A DNA stretch of 32,000 bases from positions 1-32,000 of the forward strand of contig JAJRZD010000035.1 of NCBI GenBank assembly GCA_024275415.1, given 5' to 3'. Position numbers and translations under genes: made by a program. Source of the stretch: an archaeon. Lineage in GTDB: Archaea; Asgardarchaeota; Thorarchaeia; Thorarchaeales; Thorarchaeaceae. Positions 18,366-28,331 of the stretch are shown here, in pieces. The notes under the pieces are model-generated. The model made no database searches. It had not been told where the DNA came from and worked only from the letters and a program-made list of their open reading frames with translations. The first letter of the stretch is position 1. Each line of letters begins with the position of its first letter.

Positions 18366-18642
18366 TTGAACTGCCTCCTTCCTTCATACACGTTATACAC
18401 AACATTGCCCTCTACAAGTTATTAAGATGCTGTCGCACCATTCGTGATGTTGCTATATCGTCTTGAACTATCAAGATGAAATGCCATTAGTGGATTTTGA
18501 TAATGCCGGCGAAGTTCTGGTAGATGTATGCAAGCAAATCGCGATTGGTGCTAAAACTGAAGTACACAGACACTGTTTGGATAATGACCCTAATATCATG
18601 AAGAGGTGAAAAACGAAATGGGTGTAGAAGCTACTGCATCTG

Positions 18643-19059
18643 ATGCCCATCGATGTCGGGTCAAATGTCCAGGTGAGTGCGAAATCGCCTCAACAGGTGG
18701 TTATGTTCTCAGGTTCGGATAAGACCTGTTCGATGTGCAAAAGAACTCACTTAGGATCTGCTTTTCAAAGATTGGCCTCAGCATTCCTGAAATTGGCTGA
18801 ATGCAAGATGAATGCAACTCAAAAGTTGGTTCTCGTTCATAGTGTAGATGTTCTCCGTCATAGGGAAGCATCCCTCACAGCATTGGCTGATTTAGTTTCA
18901 AGAAGATCCGGTGTTGCATATAGTACAGTGAAATGGAATCTTAGATTCTTGGTGTCAGTCGGGCTCCTGATTGGAGGCGATGCCACAAATCGAGGTGCAC
19001 CTGCTGAGTTTACAGACCAAGCATTGATGCTTGTCGAATTCTTTGAGCAGAACAAATGA
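18643..19059 (+). CDS. Winged-helix DNA-binding domain protein
   Basis: SLTALADLVSRRSGVAYSTVKWNLRFLVSVGLL.GG.....G.PAEFT is an HTH followed by a wing. The start is uncertain. Confidence 0.65.
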   Translation: MPIDVGSNVQVSAKSPQQVVMFSGSDKTCSMCKRTHLGSAFQRLASAFLKLAECKMNATQKLVLVHSVDVLRHREASLTALADLVSRRSGVAYSTVKWNLRFLVSVGLLIGGDATNRGAPAEFTDQALMLVEFFEQNK

Positions 19060-19165
19060 CAAGGAATCAAGATGATGCAAAGAACAATGCTGGTTTAGAG
19101 GTGTCCGACAGGAATCAGGGTGCTTCCCCGTGCTCGAAGGGCACATGTTCTTTTCCGTGCCTATT

Positions 19166-19873
19166 TCATCGCATCTTCCTGTCGTAGAGGCCCCACGCTT
19201 CCCGCGTGAGGTCTTTCACCTCATCGAGACTCACCGCCGATACCAATGCTACATCGATAACCTTGGATTCCCCAACATCGATGTCGCCTAGGTTACACTG
19301 AAGCCCCACGACAATGTCGCGAGGTCCCATCTCGAGAACATCAGTAAGGTCGCGCCGAGTAGAGTCAACGACCATCTTTACCGGAGTCGAGATTCCCCCT
19401 TTGTCTGGGGGCTGTCTTGATGTCAGCCGTGCAAAGAGAAGATTCTCATCCCATGCGGTCATGGTGCCATGCTCAGGATCGTACTTTCCTAAGTCGTCCT
19501 TGTAGCTTTTTGGTCCTCCGATGTCGAAGTCCATCAAAAGGTAAGATCTTACGTCCTCAAAGGGCATACGTCCTGAATTCCTTATGCTGTGCCGCCAGAG
19601 AAGCATAGGTTTGTTCTTACTCCAAAGTGTATCTGTCAGGTTCACAAGTGGAGCACAACCAAAATGATTGTACCCCATTGAAACAGTGACCGTTCCAGTT
19701 TCCGACTCTGAAGTGACGTTCATTTTGCTCATCGGTTCAGTAGCACCCACAGCATGAGGCTGTCCGTCATAGACAAAGGTCATCCAGAACCCTGCTTTGT
19801 AGTTCGCAGGATTCTGCAATAATATCCTGTCATACCCTTCGCGGTCAATCAAGCTCAGTCTCTTGATGTACAA
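19166..19873 (-). CDS. Hypothetical beta-rich protein
   Basis: 235-aa ORF with alternating beta-strand patterns (IRNSG....DVRSYLLMDFDIGG....DD...YD). No family named with confidence. Confidence 0.75.
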   Translation of the reverse strand: MYIKRLSLIDREGYDRILLQNPANYKAGFWMTFVYDGQPHAVGATEPMSKMNVTSESETGTVTVSMGYNHFGCAPLVNLTDTLWSKNKPMLLWRHSIRNSGRMPFEDVRSYLLMDFDIGGPKSYKDDLGKYDPEHGTMTAWDENLLFARLTSRQPPDKGGISTPVKMVVDSTRRDLTDVLEMGPRDIVVGLQCNLGDIDVGESKVIDVALVSAVSLDEVKDLTREAWGLYDRKMR

Positions 19874-20129
19874 CCCGTTGCGTCCCTGTCCTCAAGATGC
19901 ACATTCAAGGGAGTAGGCAATGTCGAGCCTCGGCCTTCTGTTTCCAGTTTCCAAGATTTCTGACATGACCGACCACTTTAGCCTCTGCAAAAAATGATAC
20001 ATCCACAGGCTGATATAAATTCTCGTAGTAGTGCATGAATTCCTATCCTGTAGATAGTTCAATGCCTCTTCTTTCAAAAGGTTGATAAACTCGCAATGAT
20101 TTTCGGCTGTTATCGAGAGTGCCTTTCTG

Positions 20130-21368
20130 ATGAGAACTCTTACAATCCCTGAACTCGAGAAGTGGTATCGAAAGAACCTCACAAAGAAAAGCAAGGACTT
20201 CCTCAAGCATGCTGAGAAGAGTTACAAGACCGTGGAACAGGCTCTACGGGACATCAAAAGGGTAGCTGCCGAGCTGAAAGATGTCAGTGGCGAGACAGAA
20301 GCAAAGGAAGAGGGAACTGCCACTCGTTTTGCGAACAAGATTGATGGTATTGTTGCAGATTTCGATGTGAAGAAGGATATAACCTATGCGAGTACTGAAG
20401 CCATGCAGTCTGAAATTCAGTATCTTATCCAAGAGATTTGGGGTGCAGGTGCTCGATGGATCCGGCGGATGGACAAGAAATACAAGAACATCATCAAATC
20501 ACTGGATGTCTACATGAAGGAACTAGCTAGCGAAATGAAGAAGATCTCCAAGTTGCTTTACGAGTATGGCTGGATTAAGGACTTGGAACGTATCGGAACT
20601 CGTATCGAAACCATGCGCGAGATTACTTATGGCACTGAGGCATATGAGGAACAAGTCAGGACTATCCGGATGAAGATTAAGCAAGCCCAAGAAGAGTATC
20701 TGAAGAAGAAATCAGAGTTCGATACTTTTAGGGAGCAGTCCAATGTTTCCGAATTGCTATCACTGGATGAAGAACTTGAACGCATTTCCAGCCTACTTCG
20801 GATGAAATTGAACACCTTGAGGAAAACTGTGAAGAAGTTCAATCAGGCCAATACGGGAATTCGGATATCCCCCGCTGGCCAAAAAGCACTAACGGAGTAC
20901 TTCGAGGATCCATACGTTGCAATCGTTTCCGAATCTGAAGGGTATCCCGATCTCATCGAGGGATTGGACGGGCTCAAGAAGGCTATTGAAAGTGGTGCAT
21001 TGAAACTGAAGGATCGATTGGCTCGAAGATCCCTGGAGGAGATAGATCTGATCGCCAATGGTTCACTCCGCGACCTACAGGCGAAAGCGAAAGACATTGA
21101 GGACAAGCGGACAAAATATGCAGGCTCTGATGTCTACGCGAAGAACAAGGAACTGCAGGCTGCTGTTGACGAAGCCAAGAAGAATTTGGACTATCATAAG
21201 AATGACCTCCTTCGTGTTGCAGACGATATAAAGAGGGAAATCGAAAAATTTGAGGATTTCAAGTCCCGTGTTGAAACCGAGATCAATGAGGCTTTCGACG
21301 AGAAGATCTCAATCAAAGTAGAGAAGCTTGAACTGATTCCATTGCTGGAAAAATGCAAGGTTGATTAG
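20130..21368 (+). CDS. Hypothetical all-helical/coiled-coil protein (412 aa)
   Basis: K/E/L-rich heptad-like segments throughout; no catalytic motif seen. Confidence 0.8.
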   Translation: MRTLTIPELEKWYRKNLTKKSKDFLKHAEKSYKTVEQALRDIKRVAAELKDVSGETEAKEEGTATRFANKIDGIVADFDVKKDITYASTEAMQSEIQYLIQEIWGAGARWIRRMDKKYKNIIKSLDVYMKELASEMKKISKLLYEYGWIKDLERIGTRIETMREITYGTEAYEEQVRTIRMKIKQAQEEYLKKKSEFDTFREQSNVSELLSLDEELERISSLLRMKLNTLRKTVKKFNQANTGIRISPAGQKALTEYFEDPYVAIVSESEGYPDLIEGLDGLKKAIESGALKLKDRLARRSLEEIDLIANGSLRDLQAKAKDIEDKRTKYAGSDVYAKNKELQAAVDEAKKNLDYHKNDLLRVADDIKREIEKFEDFKSRVETEINEAFDEKISIKVEKLELIPLLEKCKVD

Positions 21369-21389
21369 CCCCCATTGAGGTTGGTTCAT

Positions 21390-22214
21390 GTGAGAGTACT
21401 TGTAACATCAAGTCACGACCCTGCTAGTTTGAACATCAAGCAAATCCTTGTCGAGGAACACCAGTTCATAGAAACCTCTGACATGTTTGATGGGTTTCCA
21501 GTCTTCGTAGATGATAACGGTACATACCTCGTCACATCCTCTCGGGATTTGATTGCGACCAACCATCTTGAGTCACAGGTTCCCGCAGAGGCGTACATCT
21601 TCTGTTCCCGTCACAGGGCAGAATCAGGGAAGCCCGCATTGCTGGTACACAGCACAGGCAACCTTGGTCCAGAAGCGGCGTTCGGTGGTGACCCTTGTTC
21701 CCTTTCAGTGGCATCTGGTTCTCTTGTTTCTGTTGCCCTGAAGACACTTGCAGTGGAGAAGGCTGAAAGAAACCTTGAGGAATTCGATGTCACAATGGAA
21801 GCGACACATCATGGTCCTACGAGTATGGACACACCTTTAATCTTTGTAGAGCTTGGTAGTACCGAAGAATATTGGCAGCACAAGGAGGGATCTAGAGCAG
21901 TCGCTGCAGCTGCACTTCAATGTGCTCAAGCGCCATTCGAAGAGAGCTGCTACATCGGTTTTGGTGGCACTCATTATGTGTCGAAGTTCAATAAGATTGT
22001 ACTAGAAAAGAATGTGCGGTTGGGACATATCGCTCCAAAATACGCCCTTGATCATATCACCAAAGAAATCGTTCAGAAAATGGTGGAACGCTCGAAGGAA
22101 CGCATTACGGGTGCTATCATCGACTGGAAAGGGACAAACCAACAGCAACGAGAACGTTTGCTGCCAATTTTGCAAGAACTCGCAATCGACCTTTTCAGAT
22201 CCAAGAGATTTTGA
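21390..22214 (+). CDS. dtdA: D-aminoacyl-tRNA deacylase (archaeal DtdA/GEK1 type)
   Basis: DPASLNI, IFCSRH.AESGKPALLVHSTGN, MEATHHGPT, FVELGSTEEYW, IGFGGTHY, GHIAPKY, IIDWKG. GAGGT precedes GTG 21390. Confidence 0.93.
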   Translation: MRVLVTSSHDPASLNIKQILVEEHQFIETSDMFDGFPVFVDDNGTYLVTSSRDLIATNHLESQVPAEAYIFCSRHRAESGKPALLVHSTGNLGPEAAFGGDPCSLSVASGSLVSVALKTLAVEKAERNLEEFDVTMEATHHGPTSMDTPLIFVELGSTEEYWQHKEGSRAVAAAALQCAQAPFEESCYIGFGGTHYVSKFNKIVLEKNVRLGHIAPKYALDHITKEIVQKMVERSKERITGAIIDWKGTNQQQRERLLPILQELAIDLFRSKRF

Positions 22215-22240
22215 GATACACTATCTCGCTCTGCAATCAG

Positions 22241-22249
22241 CTCTTTTTA
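22241..22249 (+). promoter_or_regulatory. Putative TATA box upstream of the 22323 gene
   Basis: TTTTTATAT in the intergenic region after dtdA. Confidence 0.35.
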
Positions 22250-22322
22250 TATCCCAGAAAAGCTAAAAACAAGCAGACATTCCCATTCTGTCTGATTACA
22301 TCTACAATGGGGAGCATCAGTT

Positions 22323-23405
22323 ATGTCTTCAGAAAATGACTTTTCGCTTGTGAAGGAACTAGAGAAAAAGGTCGAAACCCTGACAAAAGAGCTCGAAACG
22401 CATACTGAGAAACTAGCAGCTCTTGACAAAATTCACGAATTATCCAAGAAGATTGATGCTCTTGCAAATGATTTGGAATCCATTAAGACCAAGGTTGATG
22501 ATCAGACCAAACTCGAAGAGATTGCAAAGTCTATTGAAGAAAAGGATGTGGATGGGCTCTCATCAAAGATTGACAACCTCGCCTCAAATCTTGACAGCCT
22601 CTCATCAAAGCTTGGAGAAGTAGAGGCAAGTGTTACGACAATGAGGGACTCGAAAGAAACGGAGGTTCTGTTCAAGAAACTGGATGACATCCTTATCGCT
22701 GTGACAGACCTGAATTCTGTGGTGGACGAATCACTGTCTTCCAGTAAGAGTAGCCTGATTGATGAGAAGATAGAGAGCATCTCCAAGTCCACTATGGATA
22801 TTGCTAGCAGCGTCGACCAGTTGCGGGAAAGTAGCAATACAGAAGTGTTAGGCAAGAAGATTGATGATTTGCAACACTACGTTGCAGGTCTGTCGGTATT
22901 AGAGGAAAAAGTCGGTGAAATCTCCTCGTCATATGCTGAAACCAAGGAAATAGTAGGGATAATTGTTCGGCAACTTGATGACATTGAACGCAAGTATAAC
23001 AAAGCCCTCGATGAGATTGGGCAAGCCATGGAATCGGTCAGGTCTCTTGTTGAAGGAAGGGTGATGCCAGTATCTGAAACCCCGAAAAAGTCTCCGAAGA
23101 AACCTTCTACCAAAGAACCTAAGCCAAAGATTGATGCAGCCACCGTCGATGGGCTAATGAATGCTCTTTTGAAAAAGGTCAAGCCACAAACTGAGGCTAA
23201 AGAGATGGCAAAGGCTTTGGAGGAAGTCCGAGACAAGCTCACCACAATGATTAAAACTCACTCTCCAGTCTTCCATCAGTTTGGAACTCGTGCACGAGAA
23301 CTCAAATCATACCCTCCAACTGCTACACTGAATGAAAATGACATCGCTAGGCTCAACAAGGATCTCCGTGACTGGACCGCCAAGCTCAAAAAGCTTGCAA
23401 GTTAG
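22323..23405 (+). CDS. Segmented coiled-coil protein with a Lys/Pro linker and a C-terminal helical domain
   Basis: Recurring L.KK(I/L)D.L units; ETPKKSPKKPSTKEPKPK linker; ~90-aa helical C-domain. Confidence 0.8.
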   Translation: MSSENDFSLVKELEKKVETLTKELETHTEKLAALDKIHELSKKIDALANDLESIKTKVDDQTKLEEIAKSIEEKDVDGLSSKIDNLASNLDSLSSKLGEVEASVTTMRDSKETEVLFKKLDDILIAVTDLNSVVDESLSSSKSSLIDEKIESISKSTMDIASSVDQLRESSNTEVLGKKIDDLQHYVAGLSVLEEKVGEISSSYAETKEIVGIIVRQLDDIERKYNKALDEIGQAMESVRSLVEGRVMPVSETPKKSPKKPSTKEPKPKIDAATVDGLMNALLKKVKPQTEAKEMAKALEEVRDKLTTMIKTHSPVFHQFGTRARELKSYPPTATLNENDIARLNKDLRDWTAKLKKLAS

Positions 23406-23593
23406 CAACGAAGCAAAACCCATTCTTTGGAAAAGCTGGTCAAACTATCACTGCCTGTTGAATACATTTATCTCATTCGAGTACAATCCTTCACATCGGC
23501 AACAATTCGTATGTTTCGACATCCGACGATGACGGGTGGCACTCGTACGAATGATAGCTTTCGTGCATCTTATCCCTGTGAGTTGATACTGAA

Positions 23594-24394
23594 ATGCATC
23601 TAACGAGTCACAACGATGATCTGGCCAACCGACTGAATCTCCTCTATCCTGACGCAGATCGCCAGCTGGCAAAGGAACTCATGGAACTCCACGAGAACAA
23701 ATGCAAACACTGTCAGGAGGATCGGCTGAGTTGTACTGTCCGTCCTGCCTGCAAGAACCGTAATTTTCTCAATACTCTGATAGAGCTAGGAATTGAGGCA
23801 CAGGATTTGCCAGCATTCTGCTATTCTGTCTATATCAATCAGATTGGACGCTACATCTCAGAACGAAAGGGCAGACCGATGACTGATAGACGCATTCTAA
23901 TCAAGGATTTTCTAGCAACGCTGAAAGTCAGCTCGATACGACATTTCAATAGCAAATTCAAGAAGGAATGGAAGAACTACGTTTCAGTAACACAAAAGGA
24001 TCAGATGATTGTCACAGGGAATAACATGCTCTTCCATTTTGATTTCTCAAGAGGAATTGTCCATGTTAATCCCGATAACGAACAGATTGACAGCTTTGAC
24101 ATCTTGAAACATTACACTGAGGTATTCTCACAGCTCTTCAAAGTGTCCGTGGATCTGCAAGAGATAACCACTAATTGGTGGGAACTCCTGCTCACTTTGA
24201 ACGGAACGCCTGAGAAGAACAAGCTGGATGTTTTCCTCGGGAAGCTTCCTCGGGGAATCACAAATCACAGCGTTGTGAAAGACAAGAATGCAACAAGAAT
24301 TCTGCTTGAGGTATATGGGGATTGCCAGAGCAATCTCCTGACAGTAAAAGATGTGCGTGAGCTATTCAACTCCTTCAAGAGCATGGTCTCTTGA
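23594..24394 (+). CDS. Hypothetical protein with an N-terminal Cys cluster
   Basis: CKHC...C.....C...C in the first 80 aa; 266-aa ORF. Confidence 0.75.
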   Translation: MHLTSHNDDLANRLNLLYPDADRQLAKELMELHENKCKHCQEDRLSCTVRPACKNRNFLNTLIELGIEAQDLPAFCYSVYINQIGRYISERKGRPMTDRRILIKDFLATLKVSSIRHFNSKFKKEWKNYVSVTQKDQMIVTGNNMLFHFDFSRGIVHVNPDNEQIDSFDILKHYTEVFSQLFKVSVDLQEITTNWWELLLTLNGTPEKNKLDVFLGKLPRGITNHSVVKDKNATRILLEVYGDCQSNLLTVKDVRELFNSFKSMVS

Positions 24395-24427
24395 AAATAT
24401 ATGTTAATCTAGATAATAACATAGGCG

Positions 24428-27400
24428 GTGTTAAGAGTGAGCAAGACTGTGCAAATCAGAGCAATCCCATTGCTGAAAGAAACCCTTTCCCTCTCAAAGA
24501 ATGAAGCGACAGTATTACTACCAGTCATTCGTGGTGGTAACATGACGGTTGGAGCAATCGCCACAGCTGTCAATCTGCCCATGAGCAAGGTGTCTACTGC
24601 GCTCAAGTCCCTTATCAAGAGAGGGCTTGTCGAGGAGATAGATGGTATATTGCCATTGTATCAAGCAAACCCTCCGATTCTTCCGATGGTTGACACACTT
24701 GAGGGCTTCGTATCTGATACTGAAAAAGTGATGACCAAGACAACGGCGACTGTCCAAAAGCTTCAGGAATCTATCGAGAAAACAGTAGGTGGGGTCACAA
24801 AGACGAATGAGGAACGTTTCAATGCGCTCAATGAAGCCTTTGAGGAATACGAAACCGAAGTAGCCTCCAAGGTTCAGTCACACGTTGCTACTATGACCGG
24901 TATCGCATCAGATGTCCTTGCACAGTATTCGCAAAAGATACAAGGCGTCCTAGAATCGCTGAATGTTTCTGTCGAGGATAGCATTGGCGAACGACTTACA
25001 GTCCTTCAGAAGGAGTTGGATGATAGTCAAAAACAACTTGCAAAAGATACAAAGAGGATTCTGGGTGACTTCGAGAATTGGCTTCTTCATGAAAAGGCAT
25101 CAGCGGTTTCATCAGTCACTGACGCACGCGAGAGATCACAGAAGTTGCTCGATGCTACAAAGAGCGTGCTTGAAGAATCCTTACGAAGTTCTGAGAATGC
25201 CCTTTTGGACAGTATTGATAATATTTCCACATTGCTGGGGACAAAGGCACTTGAGGTGTCTAATCAAATATCTGAAATGCTCTCCGAACTTGCCGAATCA
25301 TTGAAACAGAAAAGTCTTAACTTTGTCACTACTGCGAGTCAGAACCTGTTAGCTGCCAGAAAATCAATTTCCGACACCGCCGCGGAAGCAAGGGACAGCA
25401 CAGAATCCCAGGCTGAAAGCACACAGAAACGATTCGATGACGCTGTAGCCTCGACCGAAGCTTTCACAGAAGCGATAGCACTCTGGAAAGAGGAAGTCAC
25501 CAATTACATGAACTCGGCATCGGGTTCGGTTCTTGCCCAGCTTGAACAGCTGAGCTCGTCAGAGAAGGCATTCCTTGAAGTAATTCGTTCGTCACTCACC
25601 GGGCACCTTGAAAAAACGAGTGCTTCGATTGGTGAGGAATACAAGGCTGTAAGGTCTCTCGCGAGAAATCTTACCGCAGATACCGACTCGCTCATGAGCG
25701 AAGCCCGAGCCTCCGTTCTTGAGCTTCTACAAAATGAAGTATTAGAGAACAAGAACCGTCTTCAGAAAGCAAATGAGATGTTATTCAATGACATCTCTGT
25801 TTGGAATGAAAAGACAACAAAGGCGATCGATAAGAAGATCATGTCTACTGTAAAGGAAATCACCAATGTCCTTGATACCGAAACATCCGAATTGAATGCA
25901 TTGACTGATAACATCTCGAGCCGTCTAAAGTCGTCCATCTCAAGCATCGTAACCACAACCGAAACCAAGAATGAAGCGGTATTGTCTGATATTCGACGAA
26001 TCGCGAATGCCTATGAATCAGGTATTGAGAAAAAACTACGTGAGATATCAAACAGGCATGTCACTGCAATCCAAGAACAGGTGCAGGATGCAAAAACACT
26101 CTATGAGAGCTTGAATAAGCGATTGAATGAGCGTCTTAGCGAGAGCATAGCAGTTTTGAACTCGAAAATAGCTCGTGCGCAAAAGGAGATTGACTCCAGT
26201 ATTGTAGAACAGGTCGAACGTATCGAAACGCATGCCAATGATATGCGTGCTGATTTCCATGCCCGTGTTGAGGAAATCACCCAGCAGTTCATCTCAGTGA
26301 CTCAAACCATCGAGTCAACATTCAACGGGCTTATAGCCAGTCAGGTTGTCGAAGCCAAAGACCTGATTGCATCCGCTCACACTGAGTTCAAGACCTCGAT
26401 GAAATCGGAGATGGAATCGTTGGACAGCGATTCTATCAAGTTACAACAAGAGTTCGCATCCGAGATTGGCATGCGGATTGACACCGTTACAGAATCCAGC
26501 ACATCTCTAAAGCGCACACTGGACGATTTCATATCCGAAAAGAAAGTCGAAATCAGTAAACACATGGAAGTAGCATTATCAGAAATCGAAACCTCTTTAT
26601 CGGGTGCACAAGAAAGCTTGGCAAATATTGAGGGCATTACTATAAAGCAGTTTACCGACGACGTCCGCAGGTTGTCACACGAATTCTCGACATCTGTGAC
26701 GGGTGCACGAGATAACATAAGTGAGCGATTGAGAGTGTTGTCCCGTGAAACCGCTGATATCCTTGCCAAGAACGCGGCAAATGTCAAGACCACTGTAGAT
26801 GCCTATCTCTCAGAAGAAACGGAATCCATGCAACGAGTTCTTGGAGAAACCAGCACAAAGCTGGATCGGTTAGCCGCCGCCAATATCAGGAAGACGACTG
26901 AACAAGTCGAGGCGTTCTATGAGAAAATCGAATCAACCCAAACGACAACATTGGCTGAGCGAGTGAAGGCAAAGGATGAGTTGATGTCGATCATGGAAGA
27001 GCGCAGAAAGGAGAACATATTGGCATTCGATGCAGCATTGGTCTGGATCGATTCTGCAACTGATAATGTTTCGACCACATTGGAAACACTGGGCTCGAAG
27101 TTGAGTTCTGAGGTTATTCACCTCCAACAAGGATTAAGAAAATCCGCCGATGGTGCATTGAACGTTTTCAGAGAACGTGCGCAATCTCAAGTTTCCCAGT
27201 TGGAAGAAATCGGGAATTCTCTAATTGAACACATCGAGAAGACACTACAATCAACATCGACAGACCTCAGCGAGTCTAGTGTGGCTACTGTGAATGGAGC
27301 AATCGATTCCCTAGAAACATTGCCTGACAGGGTGAAACAGGAAATCCATCAGATAGGAAACGATGCTTTGGCGGAAAGCAAATCCCAACTACAAAAGGTA

Positions 27401-28330
27401 GAGGCTTCTTGGAATGATAAACTACTGGCGTTAGAGACCTCGACAAGTGCAACATTTGATGAGGTCGATACTCTTTTGGAACGAGTGAATGAAAAAGTAA
27501 CAATGGAGCAGACTAGGGTTGTAGAGCAGATACAGCAGGCCGCCATCATCTCAAACCAACACGCAACAAGGAGATTCGAATCTGTAGGTATCGACCTAAA
27601 GGCTGTATTGAGCAGCTCGACTTTCGAGCTCATTGAGAATATGTCTTCAGATGTGAATGTGTCTACATCTCTTCTTCAAGAACAGCAAAGCACATGCTTT
27701 GAAGACATCACGGCTGCAACAGGCGCCCTTCGACAAACAAGAGCAGAGATGCTCAAGGCCATAACCAATGAAACAAACGAATCCCTTGGATCATGGGCAA
27801 ACCAGGCCCGTGATTCGAATATGAAGTTGAGATCGATAATCCAAGACATGAATGCAGCGGTGATTGAAGCGGCACGGATCACAGCGAGGATGCTGATGGC
27901 AATATCCAACTCCTCAAAGGAGATACAGCATCTGCCGTCCGAGAACACATGGTATCTTACGGGCAAAGATGAGGTCTGCGCACATATCCACGATATGTCC
28001 ATGAGAGCAACGAAATCAATCTTGATATCCACACCGGATTTGGACTGTCTAGATCTAAAGAAGCTTGCAAAAGTAAAAACCCCAATCAGGCGGATCATTG
28101 TAATCCCACAATCTGAAGAGAGGAACCCTGATCTTGATTTGCTGAATGGATGGCGAATCTGGGAGCTGCCTGACCCAGTCCTGCTTGCACTGGCTGATGA
28201 TACCGAGATACTGATTGGAGGTCAATCATCTCTCGATGCGCCTCTCTGCATAGTATCAAGAAACGAATCATACCTCCGGCTCTTCAAGGAGGTCATCGGT
28301 CCGAAGATTGTGGCAGAGGCACAAAAATAA
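24428..28330 (+). CDS. TrmB-family protein: N-terminal winged HTH, ~1100-aa helical rod, C-terminal TrmB effector/PLD-like domain
   Basis: LSKNEATV...G.MTVGAIA....P.SKV..AL.SL..RGLV....G....Y.A.PP is a TrmB wHTH. WYLTGKDEVCAHIHDMSMRATKSILISTP is a TrmB C-domain start. The middle is S/E/T/L-rich with 11-residue periodicity. Confidence 0.8.
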   Translation: MLRVSKTVQIRAIPLLKETLSLSKNEATVLLPVIRGGNMTVGAIATAVNLPMSKVSTALKSLIKRGLVEEIDGILPLYQANPPILPMVDTLEGFVSDTEKVMTKTTATVQKLQESIEKTVGGVTKTNEERFNALNEAFEEYETEVASKVQSHVATMTGIASDVLAQYSQKIQGVLESLNVSVEDSIGERLTVLQKELDDSQKQLAKDTKRILGDFENWLLHEKASAVSSVTDARERSQKLLDATKSVLEESLRSSENALLDSIDNISTLLGTKALEVSNQISEMLSELAESLKQKSLNFVTTASQNLLAARKSISDTAAEARDSTESQAESTQKRFDDAVASTEAFTEAIALWKEEVTNYMNSASGSVLAQLEQLSSSEKAFLEVIRSSLTGHLEKTSASIGEEYKAVRSLARNLTADTDSLMSEARASVLELLQNEVLENKNRLQKANEMLFNDISVWNEKTTKAIDKKIMSTVKEITNVLDTETSELNALTDNISSRLKSSISSIVTTTETKNEAVLSDIRRIANAYESGIEKKLREISNRHVTAIQEQVQDAKTLYESLNKRLNERLSESIAVLNSKIARAQKEIDSSIVEQVERIETHANDMRADFHARVEEITQQFISVTQTIESTFNGLIASQVVEAKDLIASAHTEFKTSMKSEMESLDSDSIKLQQEFASEIGMRIDTVTESSTSLKRTLDDFISEKKVEISKHMEVALSEIETSLSGAQESLANIEGITIKQFTDDVRRLSHEFSTSVTGARDNISERLRVLSRETADILAKNAANVKTTVDAYLSEETESMQRVLGETSTKLDRLAAANIRKTTEQVEAFYEKIESTQTTTLAERVKAKDELMSIMEERRKENILAFDAALVWIDSATDNVSTTLETLGSKLSSEVIHLQQGLRKSADGALNVFRERAQSQVSQLEEIGNSLIEHIEKTLQSTSTDLSESSVATVNGAIDSLETLPDRVKQEIHQIGNDALAESKSQLQKVEASWNDKLLALETSTSATFDEVDTLLERVNEKVTMEQTRVVEQIQQAAIISNQHATRRFESVGIDLKAVLSSSTFELIENMSSDVNVSTSLLQEQQSTCFEDITAATGALRQTRAEMLKAITNETNESLGSWANQARDSNMKLRSIIQDMNAAVIEAARITARMLMAISNSSKEIQHLPSENTWYLTGKDEVCAHIHDMSMRATKSILISTPDLDCLDLKKLAKVKTPIRRIIVIPQSEERNPDLDLLNGWRIWELPDPVLLALADDTEILIGGQSSLDAPLCIVSRNESYLRLFKEVIGPKIVAEAQK

Positions 28331-28331
28331 A

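Noticed and set aside
19874-20206. Minus-strand ORF 19892-20206 in frame through TGA with the 19166-19873 gene
   Set aside because: It overlaps the start of the 20130 gene, spans a TATA-containing divergent promoter region and has an unnatural composition; probably a shadow ORF.
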